NCBI RefSeq assembly: GCF_006345805.1
Contig: NC_043007.1
Location: forward strand, 52,576,001 to 52,640,000
Source: Octopus sinensis
Taxonomy: Eukaryota
Length of the DNA: 64,000 bases
Direction: 5' to 3'
Shown here: piece after piece, positions 1-12,094 of the stretch
How positions within the stretch are numbered: position 1 is the stretch's first letter
How the letters are laid out: the number at the start of each line of letters is the position of its first letter
Notes under the pieces: generated by a model
What the model was told of the DNA's origin: nothing
What the model saw: only the letters and a program-made list of their open reading frames with translations
Database searches by the model: none
Translations under genes and position numbers: made by a program

Positions 1-260
1 TATAAGGTTATCTTCAGGAGCAACAGGAAGACAAGACTAAACGTAAACTATATTTACACAAATGGAATGTTACTGAACTAGACAGAATAATGAAAGAATA
101 ATGATATGTGCAAAGATAGTAGGTAGAAGAAGCGAGGTTGAAAGAAGGATTCTTAATTTTTATCCATTCATGAGCGGTCCGTTATTCTTCGGTAGGGGTT
201 AGGAAGCGAGTGGAATTCTCGATTATGTGTTCACTAGTTTATAATATGGCGATGGTGGTT
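1..260 (-). mobile_element. Probable Penelope-like element 3' remnant (end of GIY-YIG region plus tail), running off the window
   Basis: Minus strand reads ...HEWIKIKNPSFNL..., resembling the E-x3-I-x4-P-x-LN end of GIY-YIG domains. CTGAAGA lies near the window edge. Heavily decayed. Confidence 0.3.
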
Positions 261-455
261 ATGGAAAGAGGGAGACATAGAGAAACATAGGGAGAGAGAC
301 AGGGTTAGTTAGAGAGGGGGGAGAGAAGTGGTCAAGAAACACGTGGGAGGAAACGGTATGAGGGGCTCTGACTGGCATAGTTGAAACGAGACAGCAGTCT
401 CAATAATATTTAATATTTAAGATAGACTTGAAAAAAAAAGTAAAATCTGAGATAT

Positions 456-511
456 GGCGGTGCCCCAGCATGGCCACAGCTCATGAGCTGAAACTAGAAT
501 CAATCAATCAA
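456..511 (+). mobile_element. Extremely 5'-truncated CR1-group LINE tail
   Basis: ggcggtgccccagcatggccacagctcatgagctgaaact followed by (aatc)n; nearly identical to the LINE 3' end at 33341-33380. Confidence 0.75.
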
Positions 512-570
512 TATGTATATATGTACATATGTGTATATGTACATATGTGTATATATATCTATGTATATAT

Positions 571-856
571 GTCACATGATCACGTGACTGACCAGACCAT
601 CAGATGTTGCTACACATCGCTGGTCACAATGCGTTCGCATTGTTTTAGCCTTCGAATGACGCCACCCCGCTGGCTAAGCGAGCAGGCCAACAGAAGAAAG
701 AGTGAAAGAAAATGTGGTGAAAGAGTACAGCAGGGATCACCACCCCCTGCCGGAGCCTTGTGGAGCTTTTAAACACTCACAACGCCCGATTTAGGAATCG
801 AAACCACGATCCTACAACCGCGAGTCCACTGCCCTAACCTCTAGGCCATTGCGCCT
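571..856 (-). mobile_element. tRNA-derived SINE
   Basis: Reverse complement starts aggcgcaatggcctagaggttagggcag... (A box) and ggtttcgattcc (B box). Same head as 17841-17990. Confidence 0.85.
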
Positions 857-905
857 CAACTGTATATATGTACATATGTGTATGTATATACATATACACA
901 CACGC

Positions 906-984
<79 letters not shown>

Positions 985-985
<1 letters not shown>

Positions 986-1525
986 AAGGCAACAGTGGCT
1001 TGAAGTATTTTTAAATTCTGTGTGAGAAAATAATGTGATGTTATAGAAGAGAAGTTTGTTTGCATGGATGATGGTTCACTTGCAAGAAGGTTTAAAGACA
1101 AGTATTCTTTAAACACTAAGAATGTGCAGACGCCCTCAAATATCTGTGGAGATCATTAGAAGTAGTGAATAGCTTCTATTACCTAGGCGTCCAAGGTAGC
1201 AGTAACGGAGGAAGTAGTGAAAGCATAGTTACTAGAATAAGAACGGGCTGGGCAAAGTTGAGAAAGCTACTACTTCTGTGGGTAACAAAGGGCCTCTTCC
1301 TCTGTGAAAGGCAGACTGTATGGTGGCTCTCTACATACAGCTGTGCTATATGATGGTGAAACATGGGCTATGACTATAGAGGACATGTGAAGGCTTGAAA
1401 GAAATGAAGTTAGCATGCTCTGCTGGATGGGTAATGTCAGTGTGTTCATACAACAGTGTAAATGATTAAACAGAAAAATTAGGCATGAGAGGCATCAGAT
1501 GTTGCATGCAAAAGAGATTATATAT
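985..1525 (+). mobile_element. Decayed RTE LINE fragments
   Basis: [11 protein letters not shown] and SFYYLG...SESIVTRIRTGWAKLRKLL.L.VTKGL match the RTE copies at 20286-22730 and 54652-58990. Confidence 0.8.
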
Positions 1526-1559
1526 ACACACATAGGTTTATGCACACACACGTGTGTAT

Positions 1560-1890
1560 AGGTATGGTTGTGTGGTAAGAAGCTTGCTTTTCAACCACAT
1601 GGTTCTGGGTTCAGTCCCACTTCGTGGCACCTTGGGCAAGTGTCTTCTACTAGAGCCTTGAGTGTATTTGGTCAACAGAAACTGAAAGAAGTCCAAAATA
1701 TGTGTGTGTGCCTTTGTCCCCCACCACCGGTTGACAACCAGTATTGGTATGTTTATGTCCCCTTAACTTAGCAGTTCAGCAAAGACTAGTAGAATAAGTA
1801 CTGAGGTCAGTTTATTTCAATAAAAATTCAAGGTGATATCCCAGCATGGCCACAGTTTAATGATTAAAACAAGTTAAAGAGATAAAAAAT
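1560..1890 (+). mobile_element. tRNA-derived CORE-like SINE
   Basis: tRNA-like head (ggttctgggttcagtccc), CORE-like caccttgggcaagtgtctt, and LINE-type tail cccagcatggccacagtttaatgattaaaac. Confidence 0.85.
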
Positions 1891-2220
1891 ATATATATAC
1901 ATATATGTGTGTGTATCTATACATGTATGTATATGTACATATAGAGGAAATGAGTATATGTTGATTGACATATATTAATAGGAATATACAATGAGTGCTC
2001 TGATCAGTTTACCATAAAAACTCCAGGTTGAAGTGTAATTGGGAATAAGGTTTTGAAATAGCTTAACCAAGGCAGCTAGAATCAGCACCTGATTCAGTGG
2101 GTGTAAATAGATCAGAAATGGAAGACAGATGAGCAGAGCATTTGATATTACTTGAGGATATTTACTTCATAATAAAGAGTACAAATAAAGTATTAGGATA
2201 GTTACGGTAGATAAGTAAAG

Positions 2221-2304
2221 TCTCTTACAGCTGTTTCTGGAATGCCTGAGCAAGTGAATTGTGTAACAAATTCAAGTAATCCAAGTATCCCATTGTCAGA
2301 GAGA
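2221..2304 (-). ncRNA. Degenerate minimal type I hammerhead ribozyme (PLE-type), antisense in an SPTLC2 intron
   Basis: Minus strand: tctct CTGACAA tgg...cca GAAA cagctg TA agaga. Stems I and II pair and stem III is palindromic, but core G8 is A, so probably inactive. Confidence 0.55.
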
Positions 2305-2574
2305 TTGAAGTAAAACATTATAAAAAGATATCCTTAATAATTAGTAGTCATTAGTTAATGTACATATTCACTGTACCTTCTTTAAACTATGGTCTCTCCA
2401 GTTCCATACTAGGCAAATACCATATTCAGGATTACTGCCCTCCCATTTGGATCATTTGTTATGCCCCATCAAGTCCTGTCCATATGAAAAAGCAGATGTA
2501 AGATGATAGGGATTGTGTATGTGTGTGTTTTATTTGTGAAAATATGTATAAATTTTTAATTTTTTACTTTATAG

Positions 2575-2704
2575 TGAATTTGCTCGTGTTTCTTTGGAGA
2601 AAGGTCTTGGAGTTGTTGTAGTTGGATTTCCAGCAACACCAATAATTGAATCAAGAGCTAGATTTTGTCTTTCTGCATCTCATACAAAAGAAATGCTTGA
2701 TAGA
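2575..2704 (+). CDS. SPTLC2: Serine palmitoyltransferase subunit 2 (LCB2), internal coding exon
   Basis: ttttatag|T GAA... to ...GAT AGA|gtaagt, 130 bp. Encodes [43 protein letters not shown], matching the conserved LCB2 motif [26 protein letters not shown]. Canonical AG and GT sites. Confidence 0.93.
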
Positions 2705-2879
2705 GTAAGTAGATTTATTTTTTAACTATTGAAAATTAGAATGAATGTATGATGTTTTGATATTTGCTTATCATTCAAGAGAAAAGTTTTCATGAAAGTT
2801 TCCTTTGTGATTTTATATTCCTGTTTCCAAACTTAATGTGACATAGTGATGGAATATTGCAGCTGACAGGGCCATAAGA

Positions 2880-3080
2880 GTGACAAAACCACATGGTTCT
2901 AACTTCAATCCCATTGCATGGCAACTTGGGCAAATGTCTTCTATAGCCCCAGGCCAACCAAAGCCTTGTGAGTGATTTGGTAGATGGAAACTAAAACAAT
3001 CCTGCTGTGTGCATACATTTGTATTTGTCCCCCACCACTACTCTACAACCAGTGTTGGTTTGTTTATGTCCCCATACATG
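2880..3080 (+). mobile_element. Decayed CORE-like SINE fragment in intron
   Basis: ggcaacttgggcaaatgtcttctatagccccaggccaaccaaagccttgtgagtgatttggtagatggaaact is homologous to the SINEs at 1560 and 7754. Confidence 0.75.
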
Positions 3081-3405
3081 TCATTTAGAATGCATAACTT
3101 GGGTTAGATTTTGTTTTAAGTAGCCAGCACTGAATGAAGAGACAGTGTATAAGAACAACACTATTTCAATGTGCCTTTCCATTTCATAAGATGAGGGTAC
3201 TATTTGAGAGAGATTTGGTTATTTTCACGTCAGCCAACCATGTCAGGTTTCCCAAAATTGGATAGTGTTAACAAGTGAAGCGATTAGAGTAGAAATATAA
3301 TGATAGGATTGGTTGCTTTTGATAATACTAATGGGGTATCATTTTGAAATTGACACAGTGACATATACACCCAAATCTTTACAAATTACTGCTTGTTTTT
3401 GCCAG

Positions 3406-3504
3406 GCCATAGACATAATCAATGATGTAGCTAACCATTTGGGGATCAAATATTCTACAAAGAAGTTAACCATTTTTCATGAAGATGAAGTAGAATTAAT
3501 AAAG
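3406..3504 (+). CDS. SPTLC2: SPTLC2 next coding exon (C-terminal region)
   Basis: ttttgccag|GCC... to ...ATA AAG|gtaagc, 99 bp, in phase with the previous exon. AIDIINDVANHLGIKYSTKK aligns with vertebrate ALKEIDEVGDLLQLKYSRH. Confidence 0.85.
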
Positions 3505-4302
3505 GTAAGCTTTATTCTTTTCTTCAACTAAACATTTCGTGAGTGATTGGCTTGCAGGGTGCCAATCTGCAGACTCCAGCTTGTTGACTTTCAAAAATTT
3601 TCTTTTATAAATAGTTTTAAAGATCACATAGTTTGCTTCAAACGTTGTCATTGAAATTGCAGAATGATAAAAGCTTCCATATCCCAAACTTCAAAAGAAA
3701 ATTTTAATTTCATTAAAGGTGTGTATGAAAAATGAAATTTCAAAGGAGTATTGTTTCTTTTTACATGTCTTTTCTTTGTTTTGATGAATATTTTTGTTGG
3801 TAATCAATGTTGAGACTATATGAATTTGTGCTGCTTTCAGAATTTTATTTATTGAATTTAATTCCCCCTCACCCTTCTTCACCACCATTCTGTCTCCTTT
3901 CTAATTGCAGTAACCATGTATCTCCTCTACAGCAAGATACCTGTGTCTGTCTTTCTATCGTACTTTAACTGCTTATCACTATGCACACTGCTACCGCCCT
4001 CGATACTACAGCCCCCCCCCCCACCTCTCAGTCAAGAGAGCAGGAATTGGGGAAGGCACTTGGCGTTGGTGTTTAGGATGGTCTTGGATAGTGAGGTTCC
4101 CCGATTGTCCCTAAAGGACCACATCATCTTTTATTACTACTATGTATACTTACTTTCCTTGTTTTATTGTATAATGTGTATACTTTCTTCTTGTTTTGTT
4201 TTTTTTTTTACATTTAATTCTATGTAAATCTCCACATTTCATATGTCTTTGTATTTGCCTGGGTGGCAAATAGAATTATTATTATATTCATTCATCTTTC
4301 AG

Positions 4303-4344
4303 TCATTATCTTTATAGGAAGCTTTATCTTGTTCCTCAGAATGA
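4303..4344 (+). CDS. SPTLC2: Probable SPTLC2 terminal coding exon (two possible acceptors)
   Basis: catctttcag|tcattatctttatag|gaagctttatcttgttcctcagaatga. The acceptor before 4303 gives SLSL*; the one before 4318 gives EALSCSSE*. An AT-rich UTR-like stretch follows. No conserved motif confirms it. Confidence 0.5.
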
Positions 4345-5056
4345 TTTGGCTTATAAAACTGACCATTTCATGCCCTTTTTCTGCTTGCTGTAGTCAACAT
4401 TGTTCTATACTTTAATTGTACATTAACATGTTTGAAATAGAAATTTCTCATGATTACACTTCAATTGCTGTAAAATAGGAGCACAAGCAACAAATATGTG
4501 AACTATGCTTATAGGCCAAGAAAAAGAAAGCATATCTCCCATTCTTTGTTGTTCCTGCATGTATTCTATTTGTTGTTCTTTCATTTGATGGTGAACTAAC
4601 AATATTTGTAGATCTGCCATTTTATTAATTTTCATTAAGCTACTTTTTGCGTAGATTTTCATTTACTGTTGCCTGAAAGTGCAACACAATTGACATAATT
4701 TGTTTTAAACAATTGTAACAAGTCAAGAGGAAAAGAACACTATCAATAATGACAAAGATGGAATATTGATAATTTTCAAATATAGAAATCTACATTTTAA
4801 TCACACTCTGAGAAACAATCTCACTTCTGACATGTTATAGTAGCAGCTAGTGATCGGTTGGTAGAATGTTATTGTCTTATCTACAGTCTTGAATCTGTTG
4901 TTCTTTTAGAAACCAGAAATTTTGTTTTAAAATGTAACTACCTCTTTTTCACAGAACAGGGCTGCAACATGTTAATCAACTTTCATTTATTCATTTGAAG
5001 GTATTTTACACAGCAAATCAGATTACACATGATAAAAATAAACTTAAAATACAAGC

Positions 5057-5062
5057 AATAAA
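5057..5062 (+). terminator. Candidate SPTLC2 polyadenylation signal AATAAA
   Basis: AATAAA about 700 nt after the putative stop, within unique AT-rich sequence. Such hexamers are common by chance here. Confidence 0.3.
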
Positions 5063-6389
5063 ACAATGTACAAGATACAACACATTTATTTGAATTTAAA
5101 TATAAACATTTCAAAAATGAAGATTTTTGTATGAAAATTATATTCATTGAACACCATCTTAATTCTATTATCCCTACCTTATATTTATCTTCTTTCTTGT
5201 CCTACAGTGATTGCTGTACCTTGCTGAGACAGGCACATCCATCTTTTGTTGGCTGCCTCCCTCTTCACCCAAGAATCACTACCACTACTTGCCATGCATT
5301 GTCTACTTCAAGTTGGTAATTTGTGGATGGATATGAAAATTTAGCCTGAATTCTCTTGTTGCTGATAAATTTATTGACCACTTTTTCATCTGCTTGACAA
5401 AGTTCTATAGCTACATGAGCTAGGGCTTGTATCAAATATGCACTTATTGGTTCTTATCTCTCCTTTGTGTATATATATATTGATATATATGCGTGCACAC
5501 ACACACATTCTCTCTCTCTCTCTCATGAAAGCAAAAATTGTAACCCTTACACACCATAATGATAACCAATACTGCTTCCTACCATCTTTCTGTTAATTCT
5601 CCTCATTACACTTCCATTAATACAGAAAAAGCAAAATTATTTTTACAACCGCAGATCAAATGATCGTTGAAGATTTATTCTGAAACTTATCAAGGACAGT
5701 CAGTGACTTTTTTTTTTAATAAAATATAATAAAATATAACAAGTTTTAAGTATTCTATTTCTTTTCATTAATATGAAGGACTGATCTTTACAATTCTATA
5801 CTAAGAATGTGTGTGTGTATATCTATCTATATATATACACACACATGCACACACACACAAACATGCGTAGTTCAATTTTTTTCTTTTGTTTTTTATCAAT
5901 TTTGCTCCTATATTATATAATTTCATTTATTGTTGTTAAGATTCCTGTATTTGGATAAAAAAAATTCTTTTAGTTCTTTACAAGGATTCTTTTATTTCCC
6001 TGTTTTCTTATATATATAAAAATTTTTTCCCAACATTTTCTTTCTATGGAAAGGAATCTAAATATTGAGATATTTGTATGGAAATTGGGACATGTGGTAT
6101 AAATGAAGGTCTTCTTTGTATGTAAAATGTTAAACATTTATGTGTGTCTGTAGATATATACATATATATTTATAAATACACAGATATATATCTCTATGTG
6201 TATGTACATGTGTATAGAAAAGTATGTATGTGTACACACACATGAACACACAACTGTCCAACGAATGGTTTGTGAAACTCTAACAGTTTCTGGAGATTTT
6301 TCAGTTTCAATAAAATAGTATTTTACTCAACCCTTGTATTCGAGTATTATTTTCTCACTTTTTACGCCTGTGTTAACATGTGTTTATAT

Positions 6390-7727
6390 ATCATCATCAT
6401 CATTGTTAAACATATGTTTTCCATGCTAGCATGGGTTGGACAGTTCGACCGGGGTCTGGGAAGCCAGGAGGCTGAACCAGGCTCCAGTCTGATCTGGCAA
6501 TGTTTCTATAGCTGGATGCCCTTCCTAATGCCAACCACTCCGTGAGTGTAGTGGGTGCTCTTTATGTGCCACTGGCACAGGTGTCAGGGGAGGCTGGCAA
6601 CGGCCATGATCGGTTGCTGCTTTTTACATGCCACCGGCACGGAAGCCAGACAAGGCGACCCTGGCATCAGCCATGTATGGGTGGTGCTTTTTACGTGCCA
6701 CTGGCACAGGTATCACAACTACAATTTCCATTTGATTTTTTTTATGTTGATGTACTTGACTCAATAGATCTCCTCAAGCACAGCAGGTTGCCCTACGGTC
6801 CATGGTAAGCACAGCAGGCCGTCCTGCGATCCAAGGCACTTTGGATGGCCTGGTGCAGGAAACAGCCATGAACTCGCATTATTTGTTGGGTCTTCGCAGT
6901 CACAGCATATCTCCAGAGGTCTCGGTCTTTCATCATTGCCTCTGTGAGACCCAACGTTTAAAAGGTCATGCTTGACCACCTCAAGCCATGTCTTCTTGGG
7001 TCTACCTCTACTACGGATTCCTTCAACTGTTTGGGAGTGGCACTTCTTCACACATCTCTCCTCATCCATCCGTAGTACATGACCATAGCAGTGTAAACGT
7101 CTCTCTTGCATGCTACATCCAATGCTTCTTATGTCCAGCATTTCTCTCAGGGCGCTATGTCATGTATGCACACTGACGTTACACATCCAATGGATCATGC
7201 TAGCTTTATTTCTTTCAAGCCTACGGATGTCCTCCGCAGTCACAGCCCATGTTTCACTACCGTGAAGCATGGCAGTTCACACACATGCATCGTACAATCT
7301 ACCTATTACTCTGAGCAAGAGACTCTTTGTCACCAGTAGGCGTAGGAGCTTTCTAAACTTTGCCCAGGCTATTCGTATTCTAGTGGTAACACTCTCTGAG
7401 CATCCAACCCCACTACTAACTTGGTTACCTAGGTAGTGGAAACTATCAACTGTTTCTAGTTTCTCCCCCAGGAATGTAATAGAATCTGTTTTCTGAGTAT
7501 CAATGGTGTCTATTGCACCTGTGCATCTGCCGCACACGAAGGCTATCTTCTCGGTTAATTTTCCTTTGATGGTGCTGCACCTCTTATGTGTCCGTAGCTT
7601 ACACTTGGTAGATCTTATGGAGTTTCTTCCTACACCTTTTGTACAAATTGAGCAGGGCCACCTACCTGAGGTGGGGTGTAGTGTTTTTGCTTTCCTACTT
7701 ACTAGAACATTGGTCTTTGCTTGTTGA
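6390..7727 (-). mobile_element. 5'-truncated RTE LINE (RT C-terminus, 3' UTR, (GAT)n tail)
   Basis: Fragments LETVDSFHYLG...RIRIAWAKFRKL and LHCYGHVLRMDEERCVKKC...GRPKKTW. The 3' UTR is shared with the other RTE copies and ends in (cat)n on +. Confidence 0.9.
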
Positions 7728-7753
7728 ATTTTCTATCATGGATCAGTACACCG

Positions 7754-9580
7754 CTCTTTTATTTGTTTCAGTCAATTGACTGCGGCCATGCTGGAGCACC
7801 ACATTTAGTCGAGCAAATCGAGCCCAGGACTTATTCTTTGTAACCCTAGTACTTATTCTATCGTTCTCTTTTGCTGAACCACTAAGTTACGGGAACGTAA
7901 ACACAGCAGCATCAGTTGTCGAGTGATGTTTGGGGGGGGACAAACACAGACGCACAAACATGTACACACACACACATACATACATATATATATATATAGG
8001 ACGGGCTTCTTTCAGTTTCAAATCCACTCACAAGGATTTGGTTGGCCTGAGGCTATAGTAGAAGACACTTGCCCCAGGTGCCACACAGTGGGACTGAACC
8101 TGGAACCATGTGGTTGGTAAGCAAGCTACTTTATTTCAAAATTTTGCCATAAAGGGAGTAGCTTGCAGGCTGGTCAAAAACATTGATGAGACGAGTGATG
8201 AAAAGGATGATATTGATAGAAGACAAAAGACGCCCGCCGATCTTTTGCTTCTCTAAAACATTATTCGTTTTTTTACACAGTAAAAACAATGCAAGGTATT
8301 AAACCATAGTTCATTATAAATTGAGGTGCTGAGCCTCTTACAAACAATAAACTCGAAGAAACAACAAACCAAGGCATTAAACCTCCTACCTTAATACACG
8401 ATACATGGCACTAAGCCTCTTAATTTTTTCCACCCCTGCCATCACCCAACCAAGCTCAATGCCTCATCCAAGCACCTCGATGGTGCTAGTTTGGGGTGCT
8501 TCAGCATGAAGCAGAATGTCTTTGAGGAAGGAATCCATTACCTTGAACAAATTTGTTTCCCACACGACCTCCGCAGTTACCTGCGGAGGCCAATCAGGGT
8601 TCTTGGTACAGGTAAGAATCCCTTCCCTACGAACTTTTTTATTAAACTTTTTGATCATTTTTTGTATTTCCCCTCTCTTGTGGAACAGGACTACAAATTC
8701 CTCCTCCACATGGGGAGAGTCCTCAAATCCCTCCTCCAGTGACACAATTCCTACCAAAGGACATGCCGGCAGTGTACTAGCAACTGCCGGCAATGCCCCA
8801 TTTTTCTTTTTTCTTCTTTTCTCTTTTGACGGGAGGGTGGGGTTCTTTCATTTTGTCTGGAAGATTTTGCTTCCCTCCTGCCACCTCAGGATCCATTGGT
8901 GGGAAACCATTGAGGTCTTCACCTCCTCGACTGCCTCCATCTCTCCCTTCGATGGAGGAGTGGGGGCACTGCTTCTATTAACTGCTCCAGGACCTTACCT
9001 TGGTCCTAGGAGCAGTTCTTTTTAATGTGGCCCGGTTCCAGGCACAGGTGACACTTGGGTGGGGCATCCCTCAAGAATCACCGGATACCTAGAACCAGAT
9101 CATTCGCTGATTGGGTCCACAGGGTCAAAACTGCTTTCGACCCCACCCAATCAGCCACAGGCAACACTTTAACATTAATGAGCTTGGCTCCACTACCACC
9201 CAGGTCCAGAAGCAGGAACACAGAAAAAATCCTCCACGAATTGGTAGAAAATTTTATAAAACTTTCACAAATTTTGGTGGTGAGACACCCACCAAACAAC
9301 AATTCTCACAGCTAAATGAGTCACTTAGCGCTACTGCAGGCAGACAAATGTCCAGGACCCAGTGAGGATTTCTTATTCAAAAAAAGAAAAACAATATCAA
9401 ACAACAAAACCCCACTGAATCCCCCCAAAAAAACAGATACCTACTGTACAGTCGCGCCTTCAATATTTCTTCAGTTCAGGACGGTCACAAAAGCACGTCT
9501 TGATAAGCAACTACAACTTTGGAAGCAACTACTTCAACTTTGGTAAGCAAGCTACTTACCACACAGCCACTCCTACGCCT
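7754..9580 (-). mobile_element. CORE-like tRNA SINE split by an insertion (parts 7754-8131 and 9540-9580)
   Basis: SINE body 7754-8131 continues at 9540-9580 (accacacagccactcctacgcct). The 18-mer ttggtaagcaagctactt is duplicated at 8114-8131 and 9540-9557. Confidence 0.9.
8132..9539 (-). mobile_element. ORF1-only Tx1/L1-like non-LTR element with CCHC zinc knuckle
   Basis: Minus strand encodes (IPVILEG)...PPKCHLCLEPGHIKKNC, a CX2CX4HX4C knuckle at 9012-9053, with stops and frameshifts around it. No EN/RT sequence. Ends ...ttttgaaata. Flanked by an 18-bp TSD. Confidence 0.7.
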
Positions 9581-9626
9581 ATGTATGTGTATATATATAT
9601 ATACACACACACACACATATACATAT

Positions 9627-9985
9627 GTGTGGAAGATACTGGAGGGGCTAGCATCAAACATTGGAACTGAGAGCTATATCAGACCTCAAAATGCACTGTT
9701 CCAAAAGTCCCAGGCAAGGAAAATGTACTGCTTGGGATGTAAGGGCCCACAGCTATATAACTCCTTGCCAAAACATGAGGGATCTCTATGGAGTGGGAGG
9801 AGTTTCCAAGAAACAACATGACTTCTTGCTATCTAAGAACCTAGATGAGGTAGGAAACTCAAGAGGGCACCTGTATCGAACTACCTCCACCAAAAGCCAA
9901 ACCCATAGAATTGGCCACTTAGAAGGTGATTACACTGGCTGTGCCCCAGCATGGCTGCAGCCTCAAGCCTGTAACATATAAAAGA
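9627..9985 (+). mobile_element. Old CR1-group LINE 3' remnant
   Basis: VWKILEGL...GPQLYNSLP, then a ggctgtgccccagcatggctgcag tail; homologous to 32970-33380. Confidence 0.8.
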
Positions 9986-10199
9986 ATATATATGGTACTG
10001 CCCAGGTGTCAAAACCATAATGATATCTGTGGGGTAGAAGATGATGGAGGTATGTTGGAGTATTCGTATGGCTGTTTTTGTATACGTACAATAGTATTAT
10101 AACACCTTTTGATATATATATATATATACATATATACACATATGTACGTAGATATATACATAGGTATATACATACGTACATATATACACACACATGCAC

Positions 10200-10940
10200 A
10201 AACATACATGAAAATAAAAAAATGGAACAAGAACGTAACAGGCAACAACAAAACATTTGGACAGTTAAACAGTACAAAAAAGGACAGGAAAAAACAAGGC
10301 CGGGTCATTTGGAGCTTTCAGTCTTCAGTCGAGTACGAGATTGTCTTTGCAGTTTCGGCTAGTTACTCTTGAGACTGGTCTAATCTGGCCAGCCCCAACA
10401 AAATCTAAGCTAAGAGCACTAGATTCTTTGGAAGAAAGCAAGCGAATGCAAAAGAAAACAAGGATGAAGAAAACGGAGAAATGGTACATGATTACAAATA
10501 CAAACAACAGGACATTAACAATAGGTATCTTTCAACTAAGGATGAATTAAATTAAGCTGGTATGTTTGGAAGAGAAGTCTTACAGCAGGAACATGGGAGT
10601 TGAAAGTCATGAGAAGGAATATAAGAGATGCTACACAAATGATAGTCAAACCAAGAAAGAAAGGTCAGGCTTGGCTGAAAACCAGTCATGAGACGGGTAG
10701 GGAGTAGAGGAATTGAAGAATTAGGGAGGTATGAGAAAGACAGAAAAAAAGGAAAGGGACAGAGTAAGGTAAAGAAGGAGGGGGAGTGATGAGAATGAAG
10801 GGAAAGGCCAAGAAATGTGAGAGAAGGTGGGAGCAAGAAAAAGGAAAGTGGAAAGAACGAAGAAAGTGTGAAGGGGGCTAAAGAAAAGAGTAAAAGAGTC
10901 GTACAGAATTTGCAGGAGACCAAAAGTGTACATATGCCAC

Positions 10941-10960
<20 letters not shown>
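10200..10960. mobile_element. Non-autonomous repeat, probably a PLE tail family
   Basis: Homologous to 53930-54620, with related segments at 18785-19540 and 36680-36760 (gggtcatt..gaagc...tcttcagtc). Family assignment is inferred. Confidence 0.55.
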
Positions 10961-10976
<16 letters not shown>

Positions 10977-10989
10977 TATATAGACTTAT

Positions 10990-11020
<31 letters not shown>

Positions 11021-11044
11021 CATACACACATGATAGCCACAAAT

Positions 11045-11390
11045 ACCAGAGTGTCATGTTCATTGACACCACCCCTAGATGCAAACTGGCGTACTATTTT
11101 AGAAGGGCCCTAGACAAACTTAAGCTAAGAATTAAGGTTATAGAAAGGCCAGGTAACCCTATCAAATCTCTATTCCATAGAACCCCCTGAACTGATAGCA
11201 GGTAAATGAGCATTGGAGGGAACTTAAGGAAGAGAAGAGCTCATCAGTTCTATACCAGCACACCAAGTGAGAACATGGGGGCTCACTCAACAACATAAAA
11301 GTTAAAATTTTGTCCACACTGAACAGACACAACGCTTAGACAAATTACAGAAGCTACACACATAATAGAAGATAAACCTAGCCTAATAAG
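11045..11390 (+). mobile_element. Penelope-like element fragment (linker plus GIY-YIG C-terminus)
   Basis: VMFIDTTPRCKLAYYFRRALDKLKLRIKVIERPGNPIKSLF and RQITEATHIIEDKPSL resemble the PLE linker (FVxxTPxxxLA...KVVERxG) and the RQIxEAxxI...LN motif. Confidence 0.7.
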
Positions 11391-11717
11391 ATCCCCATAA
11401 ACTGATACTATGAAATTAATACAAAACAGAGATAAATAAAATTAAAATAATTATATACATAAATAAATTAAATTAATACAAAAAAAGAAAGAAATGAAAA
11501 AGTGAGATAAAAATAAATGAATATAATAAAAAAAAAAGTAAATTAAACGAACGTGTATAAAAAGGGGGTACTGATAATGCAGGTACCATAAACATTCCCA
11601 CACAAACTAAATAAACACGCACACAGGGATATGCGCATGTGCAAATACAAAATAGCAGATGGTAATATACAATTGGAATTAATAATTAATATAACAAAGC
11701 TGAAGCAAGTGAACACC

Positions 11718-11776
<59 letters not shown>

Positions 11777-11818
11777 TTTATATGTATATACACATATATA
11801 CACATATATATATATATT

Positions 11819-11893
<75 letters not shown>

Positions 11894-12094
11894 CATACAT
11901 ACATACACATACATACATATTCTTTCTGTGTTCCTTTATCTTCTCTTCTTTATTTTCTCTCCTTGTTTCTTTCTGTGGAGCAGCTTAATTCGAACTGTTA
12001 AAGACTTTTTCACTTCCTGAACATTATACTAATACATTTGTTTGTTGTCTACGCCATCTGCCTTCGTCTTGTGATTTTTTGTGAATTCTTCCTG

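Noticed and set aside
1-25. Possible hammerhead 5' half (CTGAAGA on the minus strand) at the window start
   Set aside because: The GAAA half would lie outside the window, so it cannot be verified.
3916-4227. 103-aa ORF in the last SPTLC2 intron
   Set aside because: No similarity to LCB2 or any known motif; low-complexity composition.
5260-5450. ~62-codon stop-free minus-strand frame (EPISAYLIQALAHVAIELCQ...) downstream of SPTLC2
   Set aside because: No recognisable homology, start or convincing splice sites. A tblastx or RNA-seq check would settle it.
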